DNA of 64,000 nucleotides from Rebecca billardiae RCC1528. Lineage: Eukaryota > Protista > Haptophyta. Location: positions 2,108,001 to 2,172,000 of the forward strand of contig OZ251226.1 of the NCBI GenBank assembly GCA_965240325.2, written 5' to 3'. Under the pieces are notes generated by a model that was given only the letters and a program-made list of their open reading frames with translations, ran no database searches and was not told the DNA's origin. This document shows positions 1 to 10,629 of this stretch, in pieces (the stretch's first letter is position 1; the number at the start of each line of letters is the position of its first letter). The position numbers and the translations under genes were made by a program.

Positions 1-5
1 AGGCG

Positions 6-1899
6 ATGGTGTCCGACGAGCGGCTGACGGGGATCACACGCGCCTCGTTCTGCGCCGCGCTCGGCTGCTTCCTCGCCGAGGTCGCGGGCAAGCTGCCGCA
101 GGCGGCGTACTACCTGAAGGAGGCGCTCGAGGCGAAGGAGACGGAGCTTGGCGCCGACCACGAGGAGACGGGCGCGGCGCTCAACGAGCTCGGCGCGTGC
201 CATCGCGCGATGGGGCAGTACGACGAGGCGGAGGCGCTGCTGCTCCGCGCCGCCGACGTGTGCGCGCGCCACGGCACCACCGAGGCGCGCCTCGCCGTCG
301 AGCACAACGTCGCCACCGTGTACGCCGCGCGCGCGCAGTACTCACTCGCGGAGGAGCGGCTCAAGGGCGCGCTCGACACGGCCGGCCGCGCGCTCCCGGC
401 GGACCACCCGCTCGTGGGCTGCCTGCTCGTGGCGCAGGCGCAGCTGCTTGTCGCCATGGTGCGCGCCGCGCGCGGTGCGCCGCGCCACGCCGCGCGCTCA
501 CGCGCGCGTGCCACGATCTCCCACGATCTCGCACGATCTCCCACGATCTCCCACGATCTCGCACCAACTCTCCCCCGCCCCCCGCCCCGGCTCTGCCGCG
601 CGCTTTCGCGCGCCGTGCCGGCCGCAGGGCCAGCTTGAGACGGTGGACGGCTTGCTCACGCGCGCGCTCGGCGTTTTCAACGGCTCGGCCGCGACGCTCG
701 CGATGCAGCAGGCGGCCGCCTCCGCCTCCGCCTCCGCCGAGCTCCCGTCCGCGCTCACCGCCGGCGACAAGGCGGCGCGCGCCCGCGGCGTGCGCGTCGC
801 GATCGCCACGCAGCAGATCGGGCAGCTCACCCTCTCGCTCGGACGGCTCGTCGACGGCGAGAAGCAGCTGCTCTCGGTGCGCGCGCCGCGGCGTGTCCGT
901 GTGTGCCCCTGTGTGTGTGTTACGTGCGTGCGCGCGCGCGGCTCGCGCAGCCGAGCGCCGGGTCTGTCTCATCCGTACCGCCCCCGCCGCACCCCCGCCG
1001 CGGCACGGCGCGCGGCGTGCTGTGCTCGTGAGCAGGCGCTCGCCATGCTGAACGAGCAGTGCGATGCCGGGCATGTGCGCGTGCTGTCCGCGGCCAACGC
1101 GCTGGCCGTGGCCTTCCACAACCAGGGCCGGCATGACGAGGCGCACGACATTCTCACGCGCGGGCTGGCGGCGTGCGAGACGCAGCGCCTCGGCACACAC
1201 CCGCTGATGGCCGCCACCCTCTCAAACCTCGCGGCCGTCGAGCTGGACCGCGGGCAGCCGGCGCAGGCGGAGCCGCTGCTGCGGCGCGCGGCCAACGTCG
1301 TGACCGAGGTGCTGGGCGACGCGCACCCGATGTCCGCGGCGGCGCTGCACAACCTCGCGGACGCGTGCGAGGCGAACGGCCGGCTGGACGAGGCGCTTGA
1401 GCTGTACACGCGCGCGCTCGAGCTCGCCGAGTCCACGCTCGGCGCCGAGCACGTCGCGAGCGCGCGCACGCGCTCCAACCTCGGAGTGCTGCTGCGCAAG
1501 CGAGGCGACGCCGACGGCGCGCGCGCGCACTTTGCGCGCGCGCACGAGCTGCTGCGCGCGCGGCTGGGCGAGCGGCACCCCGAGACGGCGCGCGCGCTCG
1601 CCAACGTCGGGTGCGCCGCGGCGGACGCGCAGCGGTACGACGAGGCCGAGCGCGCGCTGCGCGCCGCCCTCGCCGTGGAGGAGGAGGTGCTCGGGCCCGT
1701 CCACCTCGAGACCGCGGGCACGCTCACCAACCTCGGCGCCGTGCTCGCCGAGCAGCCCGGCCAGTCGGACGAGGCGGCGGCGACGCTGCGCCGCGCGGCG
1801 CGTGCGTTCCGCGGCACGCTCGGCGCCGGCGCGCTGCAGACGCGCGCGGCGCTCGGCTGGCTGAAGCTCGTGGAGGCCCGCCGAGCGGGCGGCCGATGA
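6..1899 (+). CDS. Tetratricopeptide-repeat protein (kinesin light chain/nephrocystin-3-like TPR_10/TPR_12 repeats); probably 5'-partial. Exons 6-458, 628-876, 1036-1899
   Basis: Repeated motifs such as LGxxHPxxAxxLxNLA and G.YDEAE.LL.RA. GT-AG introns at 459-627 and 877-1035 join ORF 6..638 to ORF 148..1899 in frame (~521 aa). Confidence 0.85.
511..564. repeat. Intronic 10-bp tandem repeat (C/G)CACGATCTC, about 5 copies
   Basis: ccacgatctc ccacgatctc gcacgatctc ccacgatctc ccacgatctc gcac, read directly inside intron 1 of the TPR gene. Confidence 0.9.
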
Positions 1900-1986
1900 A
1901 GCATTGACTACCGTGGTCGTCTTGCGTCGTCGTCACCTGTCACCTGCGTCAAAGTGACGACCACGACGATATCGCGCCCCAAAATA

Positions 1987-2778
1987 CAGGGGTCTCAACA
2001 ATTAATTGTCACATTCTGACTGAGCTGCACGCCACTGCTCACCCTGCCCCCCTGGGCTGATCCAGGCGGCCCCCACGGCCCGTGCACGACGGTTTCGACC
2101 CAGCGCGTCAGCCCCAGCGCGCGTGGGCTGGAGTTGGGCACACCAGCAGGTCACACGGCTGCACGGGCGTACAGCCTGTCGCAGCTGGCCAGATCCTGCC
2201 GCAGGCTTGTCGTCACTGGTCGCGGGCAGTGTGCCCACACAGACCAGGCCTAAATTGTGCTTGGCAGTGGATCTGGTACCCCCTAGGGAGGGCTGCATGC
2301 CACATGGGGGGGAGCTCATGGGATGCAGCTGCAGTGGCACAGTGCCCAATCCCGCGCCCCCACCTGCGAAAGGACCTGTCGGGTCAGCTCCCCTGCACTG
2401 GGAGGCCAGCAGCAGCACCCGCTGACACACCCCGAGGGTGGCCAGCCACCCGACTTGAGGGGGCTGGAGTGGGGCTGGTGCAGCCAAGAGCTCTGCAGCC
2501 TAGCTGCTGGTGGCTGGCCTGCATGGATTTTCAAGCTGACCACCCAATGCTGCTGCCTGCGGTGCCTGCCGCACCCCTCGCTGCACCCACCTGGGCTGCT
2601 GCACATGCGCACTCTGGATGGCACCACAGCCCAGCATGGAGAGCTGGCCAAGCAGCCACCCACTCGTCAGAATGGCCAGGGAGTGGGCTGTGCTAGACCA
2701 CATCTAGCCAGGCAATCAAGTGCTCACATGCCTGTCCAGCGGCACAAACAGAGATACAGCTAATTGTTGAGACCCCTG
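1987..2778. mobile_element. MITE copy 1 (792 bp, 18-bp perfect TIRs)
   Basis: CAGGGGTCTCAACAATTA (1987-2004) and its reverse complement TAATTGTTGAGACCCCTG (2761-2778). Confidence 0.85.
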
Positions 2779-2927
2779 TGCGGGGTCGGATGCACTTGCA
2801 CATCATCACCCAGGCTCAGCAGGAGCCCGACAATGGCTCTTATGAGCAAGAGCAGCTGCGCATGTCACGCCAGACCTGTGAAAGATGCCACTAGGGACCA
2901 GCCCAGCTCGATCTGACCGGCAACCTC

Positions 2928-3870
2928 GCTGGTCTGGCACCGCTCATAGCGGCTGCACAGCCAGTCGTGGGCCACCCGCACTGGTGCCCACTGGCCGCAG
3001 GGCAGACGTAGCATCTGGGCTCGGGCTAGGTGATGAAACCGGGGCTGCCGTTCGGCCCAGGCGGCCCGTACGGGTCGCGTACGACACGCCAGGCCCGATC
3101 CTGCCCATCATCTAGCTGGTCTGGCACCGCTCATAGCGGCTGCACAGCCAGTCGTGGGCCACCCGCACTGAGTCGGCACTGGCCACCACTGGCCGCAGGG
3201 CAGACGTAGCATCTGGGCTCGGGCTAGGTGATGAAACCGGGGCTGCCGTTCGGCCCAGGCGGCCCGTACGGGTCGCGTACGACACGCCAGGCCCGATCCT
3301 GCCCATCATCTAGCTGGTCTGGCACCGCTCATAGCGGCTGCACAGCCAGTCGTGGGCCACCCGCACTGAGTCGGCACTGGCCACCACTGGCCGCAGGGCA
3401 GACGTAGCATCTGGGCTCGGGCTAGGTGATGAAACCGGGGCTGCCGTTCGGCCCAGGCGGCCCGTACGGGTCGCGTACGACACGCCAGGCCCGATCCTGC
3501 CCATCATCTAGCTGGTCTGGCACCGCTCATAGCGGCTGCACAGCCAGTCGTGGGCCACCCGCACTGGCGCCCACTGGCCGCAGGGCAGACGTAGCATCTG
3601 GGCTCGGGCTAGGTGATGAAACCGGGGCTGCCGTTCGGCCCAGGCGGCCCGTACGGGTCGCGTACGACACGCCAGGCCCGATCCTGCCCATCATCTAGCT
3701 GGTCTGGCACCGCTCATAGCGCTGCACAGCCAGTCGTGGGCCACCCCACTGGCGCCCACTGGCCGCAGGGCAGACGTAGCACCTGGGGCTGGGCTCGGGC
3801 TAGGCGATGGAGCAGGGGCTGCCGTTCGGCCTGGGCGGCCCGCACGGGTCGCGTACGACACGTCAGGCCT
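2928..3870. repeat. Tandem array of 187/198-bp units (4 near-identical plus 1 degenerate)
   Basis: Units beginning GCTGGTCTGGCACCGCTCATAGC start at 2928, 3115, 3313, 3511 and 3698, with lengths 187, 198, 198, 187 and a degenerate fifth. Confidence 0.9.
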
Positions 3871-4697
3871 GCTTCTTGTGCCACGCCCTGCATTGCAGGG
3901 CGGTGAAGCCGAACTTGGTGCCAACATCTTTGGGGTGGACACCTGCATCTGCATGAGGTAGGTGATGATGGCCTTGGCCTCATATGGGGTGTACTGGCCA
4001 GGGCCAGCTGGTGCTTATGAGCACCGTCACGGGCTGATCAAGGTGCCTCCTCTTCTTGATACCTGGCTTGGCCACCATCAGGCACGTAATGAGCGTGGGC
4101 TTCACCATCGCGCGAGTTGCGCCCGCCAGTGGCCGCCCACCTTTCGGGGTTGCATGGTAGCGGCCGGCCAAACTGTTTGCGTTTGCCCGCCGCGAATCCG
4201 GGGCCGAGTCGCCGCCGAGCGAACGCATCACGCCGCCGGAAGCTGCTTCGGAAGGCGACCCGACGCCTATCGGAATCATCGAGACTTTGAGCTTGATTCG
4301 GGCGCGACCCAGCCGCCAGCACTGAGCTGTCAAAGTTAGCCGCCGCATGGAACCCTGCGATGGCAGCCGCACTCGGGTGGTGCTGGCAGGCATGGCTGTA
4401 CCAGCCCTGGCAGATGAATCCGTGCTCGAATAAGCGCGCTGCAGGGACTCATGGTCCCAACTGGGCATTGTAGGACTGCCAGGCCCTGCCCCCTGCCTTC
4501 CCAGGGGCAGAATCACCCCTGCCGTAGCCCTCTCACACCAACCGTGAGAGTAATCACTTGAACAAACCAAAGCAGTGTGCTGCAGAAGATCTAGGTCTTC
4601 TTGCACGAAAGTAGGCTTGCATTCCGTCCTACCAACATGGTGGCGGATCACCCACAAAGCCATGGTGCCTATCCATGCCTGGTCTGTTCTACTGGCA

Positions 4698-5475
4698 CAG
4701 GGGTCTCAACAATTAATTGTCACATTCTGACTGAGCTGCACGCCACTGCTCACCCTGCCCCCCTGGGCTGATCCAGGCGGCCCCCACGGCCCGTGCACGA
4801 CGGTTTCGACCCAGCGCGTCAGCCCCAGCGCGCGTGGGCTGGAGTTGGGCACACCAGCAGGTCACACGGCTGCAGGCGTACAGCCTGTCGCAGCTGGCCA
4901 GATCCTGCCGCAGGCTTGTCGTCACTGGTCGCGGGCAGTGTGCCCACACAGACCAGGCCTAAATTGTGCTTGGCAGTGGATCTGGTACCCCCTAGGGAGG
5001 GCTGCATGCCACATGGGGGGGAGCTCATGGGATGCAGCTGCAGTGGCACAGTGCCCAATCCCGCGCCCCCACCTGCGAAAGGACCTGTCGGGTCAGCTCC
5101 CCTGCACTGGGAGGCCAGCAGCAGCACCCGCTGACACACCCCGAGGGTGGCCAGCCACCCGACTTGAGGGGGCTGGAGTGGGGCTGGTGCAGCCAAGAGC
5201 TCTGCAGCCTAGCTGCTGGTGGCTGGCCTGCATGGATTTTCAAGCTGACCACCCACTGCTGCCTGCCGCACCCCTCGCTGCACCCACCTGGGCTGCTGCA
5301 CATGCGCACTCTGGATGGCACCACAGCCCAGCATGGAGAGCTGGCCAAGCAGCCACCCACTCGTCAGAATGGCCAGGGAGTGGGCTGTGCTAGACCACAT
5401 CTAGCCAGGCAATCAAGTGCTCACATGCCTGTCCAGCGGCACAAACAGAGATACAGCTAATTGTTGAGACCCCTG
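4698..5475. mobile_element. MITE copy 2 (778 bp, same orientation as copy 1)
   Basis: Same TIRs at 4698-4715 and 5458-5475. Differs from copy 1 mainly by a 2-bp and a ~12-bp deletion. Confidence 0.85.
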
Positions 5476-5832
5476 TAGACCCACAGCGATTGACGATCTG
5501 AATTTATAATAATAATCGGTGGAACAGCATCGTCGAGTCGTCTATTTTAAATACGGCGAGGTTCAGGATCTGCTGCGCATCTGCATACCAGAACCGTATC
5601 GGATCACTAGTACAAGTACAATTTCGTCGCGGAAAGCGGGCCGAAGGAGTTTCCGCGAATCGGCCGGGTAACTATACACTGTAACGAACGCAAGGCTTCC
5701 GACGTGCGCCGAGATCACCACCCAAGCAACCGCGAAGCGGCACCCGTCCAGGAGCGGGGAGAGTGAAGAAGTGGCGTCATCACCCAGCCTGCCCTGCCGG
5801 TGCAGCAGGGCCATTGCCGCTCTGAAAGTGCC

Positions 5833-8800
5833 ATGTCCTCCGCGGCGCAGCCGCGCGAGGACGAGGATGCGCGTTCGGCGCGACCGCGCCTACGCCGCGC
5901 CTCGTCATCCGTCGTCGAGCGGCTGCAGACGGCCGTGCATCGCGCGGCCACGGCCGCTGAGCCCGCGCGCAAGCAGCGGCGCGCTTCGATGCAGACCGTC
6001 GCAGACGTCGCCAAGGCGGCCCAGTTGCGCGAGGGCGCGCGGCGCGCGTCGATGCTCACCGTCGCAGACGTTGCCGAGGCGGCCCAGGCGCGCGAGCGCG
6101 CGCGGCAGTACGCCCAGCAGGTTGACGCGCAGCCAGTCCGCACGCACGACCGCTTCCACTTTGAGAGGCACGCGCCGGGCAAGCGCGCCAGGCGCCATTC
6201 CTACCACGAGCAGGGCTCGGCTGTGACGCACGCGAAGAACCTGGCCGCGCGCCGCAAGCTCGCGCAGCAGCCGGCCATCGCGAAGGCGGTGTACAAGTTC
6301 TGGCAGACGGCCGGCCTGCGCGACGAGCAGAAGATGGATCGTGAGACGTACGTCGCAATCTACGAGCGCGTGAGCCGCGCGCTCGGCGTGACCGCACGCG
6401 CCGACCCGGCGGACGTGAGCCGCAAGCTCGCCGAGGACGACTGGGCGCGCGACATGCGCGCGCACCAGCTGCGCGAGGCGAGCGGCATGCCCCTCAACGC
6501 CTTCTGCGCCGGGCTGTTTGAGCTCGCAGACGTTTGGACCGCGGGCGCGGACGAGACCGAGTACGTGTGCTTCCTGGGGAAGCTGTACCGCCGGATCACG
6601 CGCATCGTCGGCGTCGAGCGCGTGCTGAGGCAGTCGCTCCCCGCCGCGCTGCTCGACGGCGGCGCTCGGCGCAATTCGGCGCGCCCGGCCGCACCCGACG
6701 TGCGTCGGCTCGACCTCGCGCACGCGCTCGCGCACGCGCCGCGCGCGTTCGTGGCCATCGAGAGCGTGCGCACGGACGCCGAGCTCCTGGATGGCACGGT
6801 GGCGCTCGAGTCGCCGAACGTGCCGAGCTCGCCCGCTGGCGCGCTCACGCCGCGCTCGCCGCGCGACGGCCCTTTGCTCCAGGCGGGCACGCCTCGCCGC
6901 CCCGCGCACGCCGCGCCGGTGGACGAGGACGACGCGGCCGCGACCTCGCGCCTCATCGCCGCGACCCTCGACTTGAGCGCCCAGCCAAGCGCGCTCCCCA
7001 GCCACGCGGCGTCACGCTCGGAGGACGAGGGTGAGAGCAGCGAGCCGGCGGACCCCGCCGACGACGCCGACGATGTCGGCCGCGACGAGGACGCCGCGGC
7101 TGCTCAGAGCGCCGCCGCTGCCACGTCGGAAGCGGCGGCGGCGCCCGCTGCCGCTCCGCACTCGCTCCAGCAGCCCTCTGGTGCCGACGCAGCGCAGCCG
7201 AGCGCTCACTGCGGCGCTGAGGACGAGGACGAGCCGCACAGCCCCTCGCGCACCGACTCGGATGCGGAGCTGCTCACGGCGCACGAGCGCGCGCGGCAGC
7301 ACCTCGAGTGGGCGAATGCCGCGCGCGTCGACCTCAGCCGCTCCATCGAGCTCGCGCGCCGCGTGCTCGGCCGCGGTCAGAGGCTGTGCCGCACGGACGG
7401 CGGCAGCGGCGGCGCGGCCGGCGGCGCCGAGCACGGCGCATCTGTGAGCTCCGACTCGCTCGCGGCCACGCTGCAAGCCGCGCTCGACGCCGGCATCACC
7501 GACGGCGCCGAGCTCCTGGACGGCGCGGAGGCGCTGCTCGACGCGCTCGTTCTGGAGTCGGTGCGCTCGGCGCTCGACTGCGCCGAGCGCGCGCACGGCG
7601 GCGCCGGTGCCGCCGAGGAGGAGGGCGCGACTGGCGGCGGCGCGGCTCGCGATGGGGGCGCGCAGCACGAGTCCGACGCCCAGCTCGCCTCCGCGCTCGA
7701 GCTCGCCGAGCTCATCGGCGTGCGGCAGGACGCAAGCGAGGCGGCGCGTGTGCGCGCGCTCCAGCGCGTGCCCCCCTCGCGTGGACAGCGGACCGCGCGA
7801 GCCGGGCCGGCCGCGCGCCGAGGCTCGGGCTCATACCCACCAGGCGCGCAGGCCGGCGGATCCAGCGCGCCGGGAGCGGCGCAGGGCAAGCCCGCAGGAG
7901 GCGCGCCGGGTGCCACGCTGCGCAAGGGCGTGCGCCGCCACTCCCGCGGCCATAGGCTGTCGGCGGCGGTGGCAGAGTCCCGCGCTGCCGAGGCTGCAGC
8001 CGCCGCCCCGGCCGCCGCAGAGCAGCCCGCCGCCCCGGAGGTGTCCGAGCCCGCGCCGACGCCGTGGCAAGAGCACACCGTCGACCCGGTGCTCCTCGCG
8101 CTCGCGCAGCACGCGACCGAGGTCGCCCTGCCGAGCCCAGCGCCACACGCGCCCGCCCTGTCCGCCGCCGCCGCCACGCTTGTGCGCGGCAGCGGCGGCG
8201 ACGACGGCAGCGCGGGGAGCCCCGACCCGCCGGCAGAACCGGCCATCGCCGGCCCAGTGCCGCCCGCACCACCGGTGCTCGTCTCGACCGAAGCGGACGA
8301 CAGCGCGGACGGCTCGGCGGCGAATGGCTCCGCGCTTTCAGCGGGCTCAGCGACGTCGTCCTCGGCCACCTCCAGCGCCTCCTCCGCGCACCAACCGCCG
8401 GCCGCGCTGCGTCGTCGCCACTCGGTCGAGAGGCACGTGCTGCGACTGCACGCGAGCCGCATGGGTGGCGCGCTGCTGCCCTCCATGCCCCGTCCTCGCA
8501 CCACCTCGTCCTGCTCGTCGCGCTCGGGGAGCGTGTCGCGTGGGGACGGGGAGTGCTCGGAGGACGAGGGCGCGCAGCTCGCGCCCATGCCATCCGACCC
8601 ACTCGCCCTCCGCGCCGACCGCCCCGGGCCGCCCGCGTCCCCGCGCGACCGCGGCATCTTGGCCAGCTCGAGCTGGTCGCCCGCGCGCGCGCCGCTCGAG
8701 CGCAGCGCCTCCAACGCGGCGTGCGATCTGCGGCCGAGCGTGAGCCCGATCCACGCGCCGTCCGCGTCGCCCAAGCGCCGCGGCAGCGCGGTGCTCGAGC

Positions 8801-9801
8801 GCGCCGCGTCCAACGCGGAAGGGCTCCTCCGACCGAGCCTGACTCCGCCCCTGCCCGCGGCCGAGCCCCCGCGTTCACTCGGCTTTGGCGCTGCCGTCGC
8901 AGCCTCGCGCCGGCGGCGGGCGACCGCGGATGATGCGAGTGCATTCTTTGCGACGGCGGCGGCGGCGGCGTTGGAGCCCCCTGAGCCCACGCCGATCACA
9001 CGCTCTCGCTCCAAGCCGGCCTCGCCCACGCCGGCGGTGCACTGGCAGCGCAGCCTCGCGCACTTCTCCGAGGCGGCGAGCACGGCCAAGGCGATGAGCG
9101 GCAAGCAGGCCCTCCCGCCCCTTCAGCCGATCAGCCGGCTGCACGGCCCCGCGCCCGAGGTCTCGCCGACGAGCTCGGGCGGCCCGTCCGGCTCGGCGTC
9201 GGGCTCGGTGTCCTTCTCCTCGCCCGCGCGCTCGCGCTCGGCCTCGTGCGTGTCCGGCGGCTCATTCGCCACGCTCGACGCGGCGAGCACGCCGGGCTCG
9301 GTCTCTCGGACGTCCCACGGCTCGCGCGGCTCAGCGGAGGACGGCCGGCACGGGCCGAGCCCGGGCGGGGAGCGGAGTGGGCTCGTGTGGCGGGGCGGTG
9401 CTGCTGGCCACGAGGGCGAGGGCCAGGCGGCTGTGCCGAGCTCGCCACCGCCCGCCGAGGGGCAGGAGGCGCCGCGGCACAGCTGGCTGCACGAGCTCCC
9501 CGACGCGGACCCCACTTTGACCTTTGGCCTCGCACGCGCTGGGCCCGATCCGCCTGGCGCACACCCACGCGTCGATTCCACATCGCCGCAGACCCCGCCG
9601 CGGCATCGCCCCGGCTCTCGCCAGCACCAAAGGCACCTGCCAGCCGTCGCGACGGACGACCACTCGCACGCGCTGCTGCACCCAGCCCTGGGCATGATGA
9701 CGGCTGCCCAGCCGCACGCCAGCGTCTGCACGAGCTCGTCCTACTCAACTGTCGGCCCCTCAGAGAAGCCGAGACGACGGACATATGACTCATCAGGATA
9801 G
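5833..9801 (+). CDS. Large hypothetical protein: N-terminal EF-hand-like globular domain, then long Ala/Ser/Pro-rich disordered region
   Basis: Single long ORF with coding-like codon use and first ATG at 5833. The segment FW...YVAIYERV...EDDWARD...FCAGLFELADVWT...EYVCFLGKLYRRIT resembles an uncharacterised EF-hand-like protist domain. Confidence 0.7.
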   Translation: MSSAAQPREDEDARSARPRLRRASSSVVERLQTAVHRAATAAEPARKQRRASMQTVADVAKAAQLREGARRASMLTVADVAEAAQARERARQYAQQVDAQPVRTHDRFHFERHAPGKRARRHSYHEQGSAVTHAKNLAARRKLAQQPAIAKAVYKFWQTAGLRDEQKMDRETYVAIYERVSRALGVTARADPADVSRKLAEDDWARDMRAHQLREASGMPLNAFCAGLFELADVWTAGADETEYVCFLGKLYRRITRIVGVERVLRQSLPAALLDGGARRNSARPAAPDVRRLDLAHALAHAPRAFVAIESVRTDAELLDGTVALESPNVPSSPAGALTPRSPRDGPLLQAGTPRRPAHAAPVDEDDAAATSRLIAATLDLSAQPSALPSHAASRSEDEGESSEPADPADDADDVGRDEDAAAAQSAAAATSEAAAAPAAAPHSLQQPSGADAAQPSAHCGAEDEDEPHSPSRTDSDAELLTAHERARQHLEWANAARVDLSRSIELARRVLGRGQRLCRTDGGSGGAAGGAEHGASVSSDSLAATLQAALDAGITDGAELLDGAEALLDALVLESVRSALDCAERAHGGAGAAEEEGATGGGAARDGGAQHESDAQLASALELAELIGVRQDASEAARVRALQRVPPSRGQRTARAGPAARRGSGSYPPGAQAGGSSAPGAAQGKPAGGAPGATLRKGVRRHSRGHRLSAAVAESRAAEAAAAAPAAAEQPAAPEVSEPAPTPWQEHTVDPVLLALAQHATEVALPSPAPHAPALSAAAATLVRGSGGDDGSAGSPDPPAEPAIAGPVPPAPPVLVSTEADDSADGSAANGSALSAGSATSSSATSSASSAHQPPAALRRRHSVERHVLRLHASRMGGALLPSMPRPRTTSSCSSRSGSVSRGDGECSEDEGAQLAPMPSDPLALRADRPGPPASPRDRGILASSSWSPARAPLERSASNAACDLRPSVSPIHAPSASPKRRGSAVLERAASNAEGLLRPSLTPPLPAAEPPRSLGFGAAVAASRRRRATADDASAFFATAAAAALEPPEPTPITRSRSKPASPTPAVHWQRSLAHFSEAASTAKAMSGKQALPPLQPISRLHGPAPEVSPTSSGGPSGSASGSVSFSSPARSRSASCVSGGSFATLDAASTPGSVSRTSHGSRGSAEDGRHGPSPGGERSGLVWRGGAAGHEGEGQAAVPSSPPPAEGQEAPRHSWLHELPDADPTLTFGLARAGPDPPGAHPRVDSTSPQTPPRHRPGSRQHQRHLPAVATDDHSHALLHPALGMMTAAQPHASVCTSSSYSTVGPSEKPRRRTYDSSG

Positions 9802-10080
9802 CTCACTGACGATGATGACCGTGTCCGTGACAGTACGGCCTGATGACACCACTGGTCGGTCGTCACCGTTGCCACCGCTATCAGTTGATGACGCGGCGGG
9901 ATGCATGCGCAGTGCCTGCTGATGAGTGTGCGACCCATGTCCCGCGTGTCCGAGGCGTCGATCTGAGCAGCGCAGCACGCCTATACCGTATTACTGGCCG
10001 CGCTGACATTTACTATTAGTACGGTCGCGGCCCGCGCGACGAGTGACCGCTGCTACTGATGATTCAGTCGTGATGCTGGC

Positions 10081-10363
10081 ATCATCATCACCATCTCTCT
10101 ACTCGTCTCGGAGTCGTCTCTCTCTGTGCTCTATACAGTAGCTCTCTCTCTCCCTCATCTCGTCTCTCTCTCAATCGCTCGATCCCGGCAGTCTCTCTCT
10201 CATCTCGCTCGTCCGAATCGTCCGACTCTCGTCTCTGCCAGTCTGACTACTACCAGCGGTACTACTCTGAGTGCCGCAGGCGGAGTCGTAGTCTAGCTCT
10301 CTCACACTGCTCTCACATCACTTACTCTCTCTCTAGGTAGTAACTCTATAAAGTGACTATATA
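10081..10363. repeat. CT-rich low-complexity intergenic tract between convergent genes
   Basis: Degenerate (CT)n, (TCG)n and (CTA)n runs. Confidence 0.6.
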
Positions 10364-10629
10364 GTGGTTCGTGCGTCCACGCCTGCGGCGCGCTCCGCCC
10401 TGCACCGCGGTGAATGTTTTCTCTCAGCATTTCAATCATGCGCTAACTCTTTCACGTCAACTTGTTGTAGCCAGGAGCAAAGGTTCGACGCAGCTCTGCA
10501 CTATTCAATTGGCGGAAGCGCCGCTCTCGTTGACGAGGTGATCGTGCCGCCGTCCTCGAGATGAGCTGCGTGGGCGCGATCGAGTTTGTGAGCAAGCTCC
10601 TCGGCGTCCACGTGCGCGCTCCCACCTCT

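Larger units (their letters stand above)
1985..5477. mobile_element. Composite (compound) Tc1/mariner-like non-autonomous element: TA-[MITE1]-1.9 kb cargo-[MITE2]-TA
   Basis: TA at 1985-1986 and 5476-5477 flanks the two outermost TIRs. The inner TIRs are flanked by TG (2779-2780) and CA (4696-4697). No 8-bp TSD and no recognisable transposase. Confidence 0.7.

Noticed and set aside
1987-2778. hAT assignment from the CAGGGGTC terminus
   Set aside because: No 8-bp target duplication around either copy or the whole unit. Only the outer TA is duplicated.
2928-3870. CRISPR array or hammerhead retrozyme
   Set aside because: The units are fully repeated with no unique spacers, there are no cas genes, and no hammerhead catalytic core is visible.
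2002-5460. Short ORFs inside the MITEs and cargo as transposase
   Set aside because: No DDE/D or HTH motifs recognisable, and the two MITE copies differ by frameshifting indels.
1987-5475. LTR retrotransposon (two ~790-bp direct repeats around an internal region)
   Set aside because: The repeats have 18-bp TIRs with CAG...CTG ends rather than TG...CA. There is no 4-6-bp TSD, no evident PBS/PPT and no gag/pol remnant.
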